Source: an uncultured SAR86 cluster bacterium
GTDB taxonomy: Bacteria > Pseudomonadota > Gammaproteobacteria > Magnimaribacterales > D2472
NCBI GenBank assembly: GCA_943789005.1
Contig: CALSSL010000001.1
Span: forward strand, 192,511 to 256,510
Direction of reading: 5' to 3'
Length of the DNA: 64,000 nt
Positions 1-8,398 of the stretch are shown one piece after another (position 1 is the stretch's first letter; each line of letters begins with the position of its first letter). Below the pieces are notes generated by a model. It had not been told where the DNA came from. It did not search any database and saw nothing but the letters and a program-made list of their open reading frames with translations. Made by a program: the position numbers and the translations under genes.

Positions 1-523
1 TATTTATACAATCTAGCCAATCTGCATTAATTAAATAAAAATTATCTAACTTTTGATTATTACTATTAATTTTTGCAACCTCAAGTGCATCAAATGAATA
101 ATCAATACCAAAAACTAAAATATCAGGATTATATTTAGCTATCGATATGCCAATACAACCGGATCCGACACCTGCATCAAGAATTTTTGTTCCTAACTCT
201 AAGTTTAAATTGTTTATATAGTCTACTAATATTTCTGTCTCTGGCCTCGGTACCAAAACCCTTGCATCTACGTAAAAATCATCTTTATAAAAAGAAGATT
301 TTTGAAGAATATAATCCAAAGGCACTCCATCTTTTTTTTGGCTTATGAAATCTTTAATAGCATTCTCTTCTGAGGTATTAAGTACATATTTACCAACAAA
401 GATAGACGCATGATTTAGACCAAGTTGCTCCGTTAAAAAGAAAATTAGCTCATTAGAAATATTGCTTTCATTAGGCAAAATTTCTTTTATTTGGTTTATG
501 TAAAATTTAATACTTTTAGTCAA
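1..523 (-). CDS. prmC: Release factor glutamine methyltransferase (partial, runs off window start)
   Basis: Manual translation from TTG at 523, directly after the prfA stop: MTKSIKF...VPLDYIL...VLVPRPETEIL...ILDAGVGSGCIGISIA. PRPETE and the SAM-binding motif are typical of HemK/PrmC; prfA-prmC order is conserved. Confidence 0.95.
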   Translation of the reverse strand, partial: MTKSIKFYINQIKEILPNESNISNELIFFLTEQLGLNHASIFVGKYVLNTSEENAIKDFISQKKDGVPLDYILQKSSFYKDDFYVDARVLVPRPETEILVDYINNLNLELGTKILDAGVGSGCIGISIAKYNPDILVFGIDYSFDALEVAKINSNNQKLDNFYLINADWLDCIN

Positions 524-1609
524 TTATTCGGATTCTAGTTGAGATAACATTGCCAATTGATTTTCAGCCAATAGAGCATCGCATATGGTTTTTATATCGC
601 CATCCATAATTTGATCTAAATTATGCTGAGTTAATTTAATTCTATGATCTGTCATTCTTCCTTGAGGAAAATTATAGGTTCTTATTTTTTCACTTCTATC
701 ACCTGTTCCAACTAAAATTTTTCTCTCACTTGCAATACTTTCTTGTTGGCTTTCAATTTCTTGTTGTTTTAACTTAGAGGCTAAGAGTGATAAAGCCTTT
801 TCTTTGTTTTTATGTTGAGATCTCCCGTCCTGACATTCAACAACCAATCCAGAAGGAATGTGTGTCAATCTTACTGCTGAGTCAGTTTTGTTAACATGCT
901 GACCTCCGGCTCCAGAAGCTCTATAGGTATCAACCCTTAGATCATTTTTGTCTATTGCAATGTCTTGAACTTCTTCAACTTCAGGTAATATTGCTACAGT
1001 ACAAGTTGAAGTATGAATTCTACCTTGCGATTCAGTTTCTGGAACTCTCTGTACTCTATGAACACCTGATTCAAACTTTAAAACTTTGAAGACACTTTTT
1101 CCATTTAATTGAGCAACAACTTCTCTAATTCCTCCCTGTTCAGCTTGTTTTATATCAATAACGTCTACACTCCATCCCTCTCTTTCAGCAAGTCTTGAAT
1201 ACATTCTAAAAAGATCGCCTGCAAAAATACCAGCCTCATCTCCTCCTGCGCCTGCTCTTATTTCTAAAAATGCTGAGCCATCATCTGCTGAATCCTTGGG
1301 CAATAACATTAATTTTAATTCTTGTTCTAATTTATCTGGCTTACCGGATGATTCTTTCAATTCATCTTCAGCCAAACTTTTTAAATCCTCATCACCAGAT
1401 TCAAGAATTTCATTAGCATCACTTATAGCTTCCAATACCGAATTGTATTCTTGGTATTTTTTAACAATTGGTTTTAAATCTGCAAACTCTTTATTCAATA
1501 AAGTATAGTTTTCCATATCTTTGATTGTTTCAGAATCAATCAGCAACCCTTCTATCTCAGCGAGTCTTTCTTTGAGCTTTTCTAGCTTAACCAGCATTGA
1601 ATCATGCAT
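524..1609 (-). CDS. prfA: Peptide chain release factor 1
   Basis: GGQ motif (ASGAGGQHVNKTDSA) and VPETESQGRIHTS. Start moved from 1639 to ATG 1609, which follows an AGAGG SD. Confidence 0.97.
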   Translation of the reverse strand: MHDSMLVKLEKLKERLAEIEGLLIDSETIKDMENYTLLNKEFADLKPIVKKYQEYNSVLEAISDANEILESGDEDLKSLAEDELKESSGKPDKLEQELKLMLLPKDSADDGSAFLEIRAGAGGDEAGIFAGDLFRMYSRLAEREGWSVDVIDIKQAEQGGIREVVAQLNGKSVFKVLKFESGVHRVQRVPETESQGRIHTSTCTVAILPEVEEVQDIAIDKNDLRVDTYRASGAGGQHVNKTDSAVRLTHIPSGLVVECQDGRSQHKNKEKALSLLASKLKQQEIESQQESIASERKILVGTGDRSEKIRTYNFPQGRMTDHRIKLTQHNLDQIMDGDIKTICDALLAENQLAMLSQLESE

Positions 1610-1674
1610 TTTTAATATACCTCTTAAACATGGATTCAACTATATGCTTATCGATATCTGAAACATCAGGCGCT

Positions 1675-2835
1675 TCAATCATATTCTCTATCTTCAGATT
1701 TTATTATTGCTATATTCATAATCATTTGTTTTAAATCTTCAGCAGATTTAAACCTTTCAATCTCTTCTTCAGATAGCTGATTTAGAAAATGTTCTAATTT
1801 ATATTGAATAGCATCTTTAAAATTCTTTTCTTTGATAGAAATTAGTGCCACTTGAGATTCAAGAACAATAATATTTAATGCTTTCTCAGCTTCAATGGCT
1901 CTTTGGCCGTAATTATCTTGAGTAATCTTTTCTATATCGTCAATTGAAAAAAGATAAGCTTGTTCAATATTTTTTATTTCCTCTTCGATATTTCTTGGTA
2001 CAGACAAATCAATTAAGAGCATAGGCTTATTTTTCCTGATTTTTAGAGCATGTTCTATAGAACCTTTACCTATTATAGGTAGGTCAGTTGTTGCAGATGC
2101 GATTACAATATCAGCCTTTTCTAGCTCACTATGGAGTTGATCAAGTGATGACGGAATGACTTCAAACTCCTCTGTAATACTTATTTTCTTTATGCTTCTA
2201 TTAACAGCACGAATATTGGTAATGCCTTTTTTTATAAGCTCATCAATAATAGCGTGAGCCAATGAACCAGCTCCAAGAATGAGAATATTTTGACTTTGGG
2301 GGTCTTCAAAAATATTTTTAACTAAGTTTAAGGATAGTCCACTTACAGAAAGAGGATTAAGACCAATGCTGGTCTTTGTTCTAACTTTTTTAACGATTTC
2401 TATAACTTTTTTTGTATAAGTTAAAAGTTTTGGTTTGGCGATATTATTATTTTTAGCTATTCTTATAGCTTTTTTAAATTGTCCTAATATTTCTTGTTCG
2501 CCAAGCACTTGAGAATCAATTCCAGAGGCTACCTTGCACATGTGTATTAAAGCATCCTGATTAAAGAGAAAATAAAAACTCTCACTTGGTATCTGTTTTG
2601 TCCCCAAAAAACTAATAGTTTCATCAAGAACATCCTTTGCCAGACCTGGCTCTGCTACTAAATAGACTTCAGTTCTATTACATGTAGAAAGACCAAAAAA
2701 AGAGTCGATTTTATCTTTAAATTTTCTTTTTAAGAAACTATCTAATAAAATCTGGTTAGACTCATTTATAATGAATTGCTCTCTTTCAGAAACATTAGAC
2801 GTTTTATAATTTATGCCAAATAACTGTAATTCCAT
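1675..2835 (-). CDS. hemA: Glutamyl-tRNA reductase (C-terminus probably frameshifted; a +1 frame continues to 1602)
   Basis: STCNRTE catalytic motif, SGIDSQVLGEQEILGQ, NADPH-binding GAG, DLSVPRNIE; sits upstream of prfA. Confidence 0.95.
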   Translation of the reverse strand: MELQLFGINYKTSNVSEREQFIINESNQILLDSFLKRKFKDKIDSFFGLSTCNRTEVYLVAEPGLAKDVLDETISFLGTKQIPSESFYFLFNQDALIHMCKVASGIDSQVLGEQEILGQFKKAIRIAKNNNIAKPKLLTYTKKVIEIVKKVRTKTSIGLNPLSVSGLSLNLVKNIFEDPQSQNILILGAGSLAHAIIDELIKKGITNIRAVNRSIKKISITEEFEVIPSSLDQLHSELEKADIVIASATTDLPIIGKGSIEHALKIRKNKPMLLIDLSVPRNIEEEIKNIEQAYLFSIDDIEKITQDNYGQRAIEAEKALNIIVLESQVALISIKEKNFKDAIQYKLEHFLNQLSEEEIERFKSAEDLKQMIMNIAIIKSEDREYD

Positions 2836-3301
2836 CTTTGATAATAAGTTTTATTTAATACTTTTATGTGGTTTTTTGTATTCATGCGCCAGTACTAACT
2901 CATCTCTAGACTCATATAATGATTACAGTGGAAAGATATTGCTAAAATCTTCTCAAAACCAAACAATCTCATATAACAGTAATATTGTTATTTATGAGAA
3001 TCGTTCTATTATACAGATTACAAAGCCTTTTATTGGGAATGTTATGAATATTAACATTTACAAAAATAAGCCAGCTGAAATATATCCAAAAGAAACGACC
3101 TCAAATCTAGATAAATTTTTGAACGTATATGGAAGAAATGTTCATGAATGGCTTAGTCAATGCGTTGAAAAGAACAATAATATAAACATACTCGAGGAAA
3201 AATTTTCATTTTTTTGTTCTAGCGAAGATAACAAATCAAGAATTAGAATCAACATTAATTTAAATGAAATCACAGTGATTCTCATACATAAAGATAAATG
3301 A
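2813..3301 (+). CDS. lolB: Outer-membrane lipoprotein, LolB-like (start codon uncertain)
   Basis: Hydrophobic stretch ending in lipobox-like LYSC; occupies the conserved lolB position upstream of ispE. Sequence is very divergent, so the call rests mostly on synteny. Confidence 0.6.
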   Translation: MPNNCNSIFDNKFYLILLCGFLYSCASTNSSLDSYNDYSGKILLKSSQNQTISYNSNIVIYENRSIIQITKPFIGNVMNINIYKNKPAEIYPKETTSNLDKFLNVYGRNVHEWLSQCVEKNNNINILEEKFSFFCSSEDNKSRIRININLNEITVILIHKDK

Positions 3302-4113
3302 ATAAAATTTCAATAAAATCACCTGCTAAGCTTAATCTTTATTTGAAAATCATTTCTAAATTACCAAATAACTATCATGAGATTGATTCACGATTCCAAT
3401 TAATAGATATATATGACGATTTATCTTTCTTAAATACTAAGTCTTCAAAAATTTCTGTGAAATGCTCAGACACTTCAATTAAAGAAAAGGATAATATCGT
3501 CTATAAAACTGCAATTGAAATGCAGGAACTCAATAATGGTGGTGGTATTGATATTTGCATAAAAAAAGTTATCCCGTCGGGGGCTGGCCTCGGCGGTGGA
3601 AGCTCGGATGCAGCTTCAACAATCATAATGCTTAACAAGCTATGGAATATGAGCTTAAGCTTAGAGCAGATGCTTGATATTGGGAGAAGGATTGGAGCCG
3701 ATGTTCCATTCTTTATAAATGGTAAAAATGCGCATGTATCGGGAGCTGGAGACATAATTCAACAAATAGATTCTGATATATCAAATTATATTGTAATAGA
3801 TCCATTAATTTTTAATTCTACAAAATCTATGTTTGCTAAATATTCTATTACCGATTCTCATGGAAATAATGTTAGTAGCTATCAACAAAATTCATTTTGG
3901 AGCATTTTTCTGGATGCTAATAAACAAGTTAAAAAATTTTACACAGAAAATATAAAAAAATATGAAATCTGCTTGTCTGGTAGTGGTTCAGCAATGTTTA
4001 TAAAATATAATTGTGATGCAGAAAAAGAAAAAATATTAAAAATAATTCCTACTAATTGGAGATTCTTTGAAGCTAAACCATTACAATATTCGCCATTATT
4101 GGAGTTTGTGTGA
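3298..4113 (+). CDS. ispE: 4-diphosphocytidyl-2-C-methyl-D-erythritol kinase
   Basis: PAKLNLYL, GAGLGGGSSDAA GHMP motif, GADVPFF, LSGSGS. Confidence 0.96.
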   Translation: MNKISIKSPAKLNLYLKIISKLPNNYHEIDSRFQLIDIYDDLSFLNTKSSKISVKCSDTSIKEKDNIVYKTAIEMQELNNGGGIDICIKKVIPSGAGLGGGSSDAASTIIMLNKLWNMSLSLEQMLDIGRRIGADVPFFINGKNAHVSGAGDIIQQIDSDISNYIVIDPLIFNSTKSMFAKYSITDSHGNNVSSYQQNSFWSIFLDANKQVKKFYTENIKKYEICLSGSGSAMFIKYNCDAEKEKILKIIPTNWRFFEAKPLQYSPLLEFV

Positions 4114-4116
4114 CCT

Positions 4117-4191
4117 TGGGGTGTAGCCAAGCGGTAAGGCAACGGGTTTTGATCCCGTCATGCGTAGGTTCGAATCCTACCACCCCAGCCA
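4117..4191 (+). tRNA. tRNA-Gln (TTG)
   Basis: TGGGGTG/CACCCCA acceptor stem, ACGGG-TTTTGAT-CCCGT anticodon arm, GTTCGAATC T loop, encoded CCA; usual ispE-tRNA-Gln-prs position. Confidence 0.97.
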
Positions 4192-4210
4192 TTTTTGAGA
4201 GGAAAAGTAA

Positions 4211-5164
4211 ATGACAAAACAAGTTCTAGACCTTTTTACTGGCACGGCAAATCCAGAATTAGCCAGTGAAGTGTCTAAAATATTGGGGATAAAATTATCT
4301 AAAGCTGATGTTGGTTACTTTTCTGACGGCGAAATAAAAGTTCAGATTGAATCTAATGTAAGAGGCCATGATACATTTATTTTACAATCTACATGCGCTC
4401 CATCAAATAAAAATTTAATGGAACTAATGCTTCTAGCAGATGCGCTTAAAAGATCTTCAGCATCGAGGATAACTGCAATAGTTCCTTACTATGGTTATGC
4501 AAGACAGGACAGGAGAGTTAGATCTGCCAGGGTTCCTATAAGTGCAAAAGTGGTTGCTGATATGTTTTATTCAGTTGGAATTGATAGGGTTCTTACCGTA
4601 GACCTCCATTCAGAAACAATACAGGGTTTTTTTGATATGCCTGCAGATAACGTGTATGCAACAAAACTAATGGTTGATGATATTAAAAAAAATAATCCAG
4701 ACAATAATATTGTTGTTGTCTCACCTGATGTTGGTGGGGTTGTTCGCTCAAGAGCTTTGGCTAAACAGTTAAATGAGGCCGATTTAGCAATTATTGACAA
4801 AAGACGAGCTGCTGCAAATCAATCAGAAGTAATGAATATTATTGGTGATATAGAAGGAAAGGTCTGTATTGTTCCAGATGATATCATTGATACCGCTGGA
4901 ACTCTTTGCAATGCAGCAAAAGCTTTAAAAGATCATGGTGCTGCTGGTGTTAAAGCTTATATAACACACCCTGTTCTGTCTGGTCCGGCTATTGAAAGAA
5001 TAAATAATTCAGAAATAGATGAACTTGTTGTAACAAATTCAATACCATTGTCACATGAAGGCAAAAAATGCAGTAAAATACGCGTCATTTCTTTAGGTGC
5101 AACAATTGCTGAATGTATCAAAAGACTAAGTAATGAAGAGTCTCTAAGTGAGATGTTTATATAA
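4211..5164 (+). CDS. prs: Ribose-phosphate pyrophosphokinase
   Basis: [35 protein letters not shown] motifs. Confidence 0.98.
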   Translation: MTKQVLDLFTGTANPELASEVSKILGIKLSKADVGYFSDGEIKVQIESNVRGHDTFILQSTCAPSNKNLMELMLLADALKRSSASRITAIVPYYGYARQDRRVRSARVPISAKVVADMFYSVGIDRVLTVDLHSETIQGFFDMPADNVYATKLMVDDIKKNNPDNNIVVVSPDVGGVVRSRALAKQLNEADLAIIDKRRAAANQSEVMNIIGDIEGKVCIVPDDIIDTAGTLCNAAKALKDHGAAGVKAYITHPVLSGPAIERINNSEIDELVVTNSIPLSHEGKKCSKIRVISLGATIAECIKRLSNEESLSEMFI

Positions 5165-5173
5165 GAGGATATT

Positions 5174-5881
5174 ATGAGTGATCAAATAGTTTTAAATGCT
5201 GAAACAAGAGAAAGAACTGGTTCTAATAAAGCTAGAGTTATTAGGAAAGTTGATGGAATGGTTCCAGCTATAGTATATGGAGATAAAAAAGAATCTTTAA
5301 ATCTTAAATTACATCTTAATGAACTTACCAAGGCCTCTCAAAATGAGCTTTTTTATACGCAGGTTTTACTAATCAAAAACGGCGATGTTGAAGAAAAAGT
5401 TGTGCTCAAAGAATTACAAAGAGACCCTGCTAAAGGAAAATTTCTACATGCTGATTTTCTGAGAGTCTCAGGAAAAACCAAACTTAAGGTTATGATTCCA
5501 ATGAATTTTATTAATGAAGAGGAATGCGTTGGAGTTAAGAATGACGGCGGTCTCATAACAAAAGCTATAAGAGAAGTCGAAATTATGTGCTTGGCAGGAA
5601 ATATACCAGAATCAATAGACATTGATGTAACAAACCTTGAGCTAGGAGCATCAATAAGGCTAACAGAAATATCTCTTCCAGAAGGATCGGAGATTTCAGG
5701 ATTAACTGAAGAAACTGATCAAATGGTAGTCTCTGTTAATGCTCCAAAAGCAGTTGAAGAAGAAGAGCCAATTCTTGAAGAAGGTATGGAGAGTGAAGAA
5801 GGTACTGCTGAAGAAGGTGAAAGCTCTGATGAGGAAGCTAATTCAGAAGAAGCTGAAAGCAAAGGGTCTGAAGAGAGCTAG
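5174..5881 (+). CDS. rplY: 50S ribosomal protein L25, long CTC type with acidic tail
   Basis: VPAIVYG, LQRDP...HADFL, CTC C-terminal domain; prs-rplY-pth order. Confidence 0.96.
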   Translation: MSDQIVLNAETRERTGSNKARVIRKVDGMVPAIVYGDKKESLNLKLHLNELTKASQNELFYTQVLLIKNGDVEEKVVLKELQRDPAKGKFLHADFLRVSGKTKLKVMIPMNFINEEECVGVKNDGGLITKAIREVEIMCLAGNIPESIDIDVTNLELGASIRLTEISLPEGSEISGLTEETDQMVVSVNAPKAVEEEEPILEEGMESEEGTAEEGESSDEEANSEEAESKGSEES

Positions 5882-5886
5882 AAACA

Positions 5887-6453
5887 GTGCATAAGCTTTG
5901 TTTTATTGGTCTTGGCAATCCAGGATCTAAATATGACAGTACTCGACACAATATTGGTAAAGATTGGTTAATCAAAATAAGTGAAACTTACTGCGATAAG
6001 TTTATTAAAAAAACTAAGCTCGAAGCTGAAATAACTCACTCTAGATCAGATGAAATTCTTTGGGTGATTCCAGATAATTTTGTAAATAATAGCGGTAAAA
6101 CAATTTCAAAAATAATCAAAAACATAAATCTGCCAAAAAATAAAATGATTATTCTTCATGACGATCTAGATCTTAATCCAGGAGAAGTAAGGTTAAAAGA
6201 AGGTGGAGGTCATGGCGGTCATAATGGATTAAGAGATATTTTTGAAAAAACAGGCTCTAATGATTATATTAGAATCAGAATAGGTGTTGGCCATCCTGGT
6301 AACAAAGATCTTGTATCTAATTGGGTATTAAATAAATTTCATCCTACCGATAAAGAATACTTGGATAAAGCGTTTGATTTGTTTGCATCAAACTTTAATC
6401 TAATATGTGATCAAAAATTTTCACAAGCTCAAAAAGCTCTTCATACTAAATAA
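5887..6453 (+). CDS. pth: Peptidyl-tRNA hydrolase (GTG start)
   Basis: GLGNPG, TRHNIG, HDDLD, GGHNG motifs. Confidence 0.97.
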   Translation: MHKLCFIGLGNPGSKYDSTRHNIGKDWLIKISETYCDKFIKKTKLEAEITHSRSDEILWVIPDNFVNNSGKTISKIIKNINLPKNKMIILHDDLDLNPGEVRLKEGGGHGGHNGLRDIFEKTGSNDYIRIRIGVGHPGNKDLVSNWVLNKFHPTDKEYLDKAFDLFASNFNLICDQKFSQAQKALHTK

Positions 6454-6454
6454 T

Positions 6455-7543
6455 ATGGGATTTAAATGTGGAATAGTTGGTCTTCCCAATGTAGGTAAAT
6501 CTACTCTATTTAATGCATTAACAAAATCTTCTATACCTGCTGAAAATTTTCCTTTTTGTACTATAGAACCAAATGTTGGAAAAGTACCTCTGCCTGATCC
6601 TAGATTAAAACAATTAAACGATATTGTTAATTCAAAAAAAATAATACCTGCAAGTTTGGACCTTGTAGATATTGCAGGTCTTGTTAAAGGGGCATCTCAA
6701 GGCGAAGGTCTTGGTAATGCTTTCTTATCAAATATTAGGGAAATGAATGCGCTTGCTCATGTTGTTAGATGTTTTGATGATGAAAATATAACTCATGTAG
6801 ATGGCTCAATCGATCCTGTTAGAGATGCTGAGATCATTAATCTTGAGCTAATCATGTCTGATTTAGAAACGGTATCTAAGAGACTTAATAAATGTGAAAA
6901 GCTAGTTAAAACGAATGATAAGAAAAATAAAATTGAACATGAAATACTTTTAAGAGTTAAGAATGATTTAGATCAGGGCAGATTAATAAATCTAGATTCT
7001 TTTAATGATGAAGAAAAAATAATAATTAAAAGTTTTCAGCTATTAAGCTCGAAACCTACATTTTATATCGCAAATATTTCAGATGATGGCTCATCTACAA
7101 ATGCATTAAGTAATTTAGAAGCTTTTGCCTCTCAGACTGGTAATACAGTAATACCAACATCTATAAAAATAGAACAAGAGATAGCATTATTAGAAGACGA
7201 AGAAAGAAAAGAATATTTGGAACTAATGGGGATGGATGAACCTGTATTAAATAAAATTATTTTTAAAGGTTACGAGATCCTAGGGCTTCAAACTTATTTC
7301 ACAGCTGGTCCCCAAGAAATAAGAGCTTGGACAATTAAAAATAATGCCTCAGCACCAAATGCTGCGGGTGTTATACATACAGATTTTGAACGAGGATTTA
7401 TTAAAGCTGAAGTAATAAGTTTTAATGATTATATTTCTTGTGATGGTGAATTGGGCTCTAAAGAAAAAGGAAAGTTGAGATTGGAAGGCAAAGAATATAT
7501 TGTAAAAGATGGTGATGTAATCCACTTTAAATTTAATGTTTAA
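6455..7543 (+). CDS. ychF: Ribosome-binding ATPase YchF
   Basis: GIVGLPNVGKST, NFPFCTIEPN, DIAGLVKGAS, TGS domain. True start is MGFKCG at 6455, not 6407. Confidence 0.97.
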   Translation: MGFKCGIVGLPNVGKSTLFNALTKSSIPAENFPFCTIEPNVGKVPLPDPRLKQLNDIVNSKKIIPASLDLVDIAGLVKGASQGEGLGNAFLSNIREMNALAHVVRCFDDENITHVDGSIDPVRDAEIINLELIMSDLETVSKRLNKCEKLVKTNDKKNKIEHEILLRVKNDLDQGRLINLDSFNDEEKIIIKSFQLLSSKPTFYIANISDDGSSTNALSNLEAFASQTGNTVIPTSIKIEQEIALLEDEERKEYLELMGMDEPVLNKIIFKGYEILGLQTYFTAGPQEIRAWTIKNNASAPNAAGVIHTDFERGFIKAEVISFNDYISCDGELGSKEKGKLRLEGKEYIVKDGDVIHFKFNV

Positions 7544-7561
7544 AGTAAATTCAAAAAAATA

Positions 7562-7589
7562 TTGACTCTTAAAATATAGGACTTATCAT
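7562..7589 (+). promoter_or_regulatory. Putative sigma70 promoter for tRNA-Met
   Basis: TTGACT (7562-7567), 16 bp spacer, TATCAT (7584-7589), 9 bp before the tRNA. Confidence 0.55.
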
Positions 7590-7598
7590 TCAACGATT

Positions 7599-7675
7599 GG
7601 CTATGTAGCTCAGATGGTTAGAGCACAGCACTCATAACGCTGGGGTCGGTGGTTCAATTCCACCCATAGCCACCA
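7599..7675 (+). tRNA. tRNA-Met (CAT), elongator type
   Basis: GGCTATG/CATAGCC acceptor stem, CTCATAA anticodon loop, no 3GC initiator stem, encoded CCA; closely resembles gammaproteobacterial elongator tRNA-Met. Confidence 0.93.
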
Positions 7676-7709
7676 TTAATACTAAATCTAAGTAATCATA
7701 GTAAAGTTT

Positions 7710-7736
7710 AAAAATAAGAAAGGGAATCTTTCTTAT
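7710..7736 (-). terminator. Putative intrinsic terminator between tRNA-Met and the 77-aa ORF
   Basis: ATAAGAAAG-GGAAT-CTTTCTTAT hairpin (7714-7736) with an A-run on its left, giving a U-tract on the minus strand. Confidence 0.55.
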
Positions 7737-7754
7737 TGTAGCTAAGTTATATAC

Positions 7755-7988
7755 TTAGTCTTTTTTCAGAAAGCTTAAAATAATAATCAAAGATACTAAA
7801 ACTAGAAGACTATCTTCTCCAAGCATATTTAGTATATTCGAAACATTATTATAGACATCTCCAACAAATGGAGTGTCAGGCCCAAGAACTATTCCTAAAA
7901 GCAAAGATACAATTACTAAAGGTATTAGTAATTTTGTTACTTTATTAAGAAAAGTGGTTAGGCTAGCAAGAGTAACTTTAAAGTTCAT
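7755..7988 (-). CDS. Small hypothetical membrane protein (77 aa, two hydrophobic helices), paralog of 8047-8262
   Basis: ORF with two hydrophobic segments around G-P-D-T-P-F-V-G-D-V-Y-N-N-V; aligns by eye with the neighbouring ORF. Confidence 0.8.
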   Translation of the reverse strand: MNFKVTLASLTTFLNKVTKLLIPLVIVSLLLGIVLGPDTPFVGDVYNNVSNILNMLGEDSLLVLVSLIIILSFLKKD

Positions 7989-7997
7989 ATAATTTAT

Positions 7998-8032
7998 AAA
8001 AAAAGCTAAGAAGAGCCAAAGCCCTTCTTAGC
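7998..8032 (-). terminator. Intrinsic terminator between the two small membrane-protein genes
   Basis: Minus strand GCTAAGAAG-GGCTTTGGCT-CTTCTTAGC followed by T7. Confidence 0.8.
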
Positions 8033-8046
8033 AAGAAGTTAAGCAA

Positions 8047-8262
8047 TTACTTAACAAGGCTCATTAGAACTGCTAGAACAAGAAGTCCAACAACACCATT
8101 AGTAGCTAAACTTTCAACAAGTGAAGTTATGTTACCAATCACGTCTAGTCCAAGCATATCTCCGAAAGCTAAGCTTCCAACGATACCAAGTCCTAAGATT
8201 CCAATTATAACGCTAGTTAAATTACTAACTAAGTCGCCTATCATTCTCCATGCATTATCCAT
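8047..8262 (-). CDS. Small hypothetical membrane protein (71 aa, Gly-rich, two hydrophobic helices)
   Basis: ATG at 8262 follows a strong GGGGGA SD; MDNAWRMIG...GLGIVGSLAFGDMLGLDVIGNITSLV...GVVGLLVLAVLMSLVK; own terminator downstream. Confidence 0.85.
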   Translation of the reverse strand: MDNAWRMIGDLVSNLTSVIIGILGLGIVGSLAFGDMLGLDVIGNITSLVESLATNGVVGLLVLAVLMSLVK

Positions 8263-8277
8263 AATGTTCCCCCCTAT

Positions 8278-8322
8278 TAGGTTTTTTATGTTTTGCAATA
8301 CATATGAGACCATAAAAAACTA
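8278..8322 (-). promoter_or_regulatory. Inverted repeat just upstream of the SD of the 71-aa gene
   Basis: GTTTTTTATG (8281-8290) and CATAAAAAAC (8311-8320) form a perfect 10-bp inverted repeat with a 20-nt spacer. Confidence 0.35.
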
Positions 8323-8343
8323 TCTGGAGCAAATATTTTAAAT

Positions 8344-8379
8344 AAAAAAAACCTAAAAATTTGACTTTTCAGGTTTTTT
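8344..8379 (-). terminator. Intrinsic terminator of the rpsO-pnp transcript
   Basis: Minus strand ACCTGAAAA-GTCAAA-TTTTTAGGT (one G-U pair) followed by a T-run, 20 bp after the pnp stop. Confidence 0.7.
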
Positions 8380-8398
8380 AAAATATAGATATATTTTC

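Noticed and set aside
7599-8398. Integrated element at tRNA-Met carrying the two small genes
   Set aside because: No integrase, no duplicated tRNA 3' end (att site), and the region is only about 700 bp.
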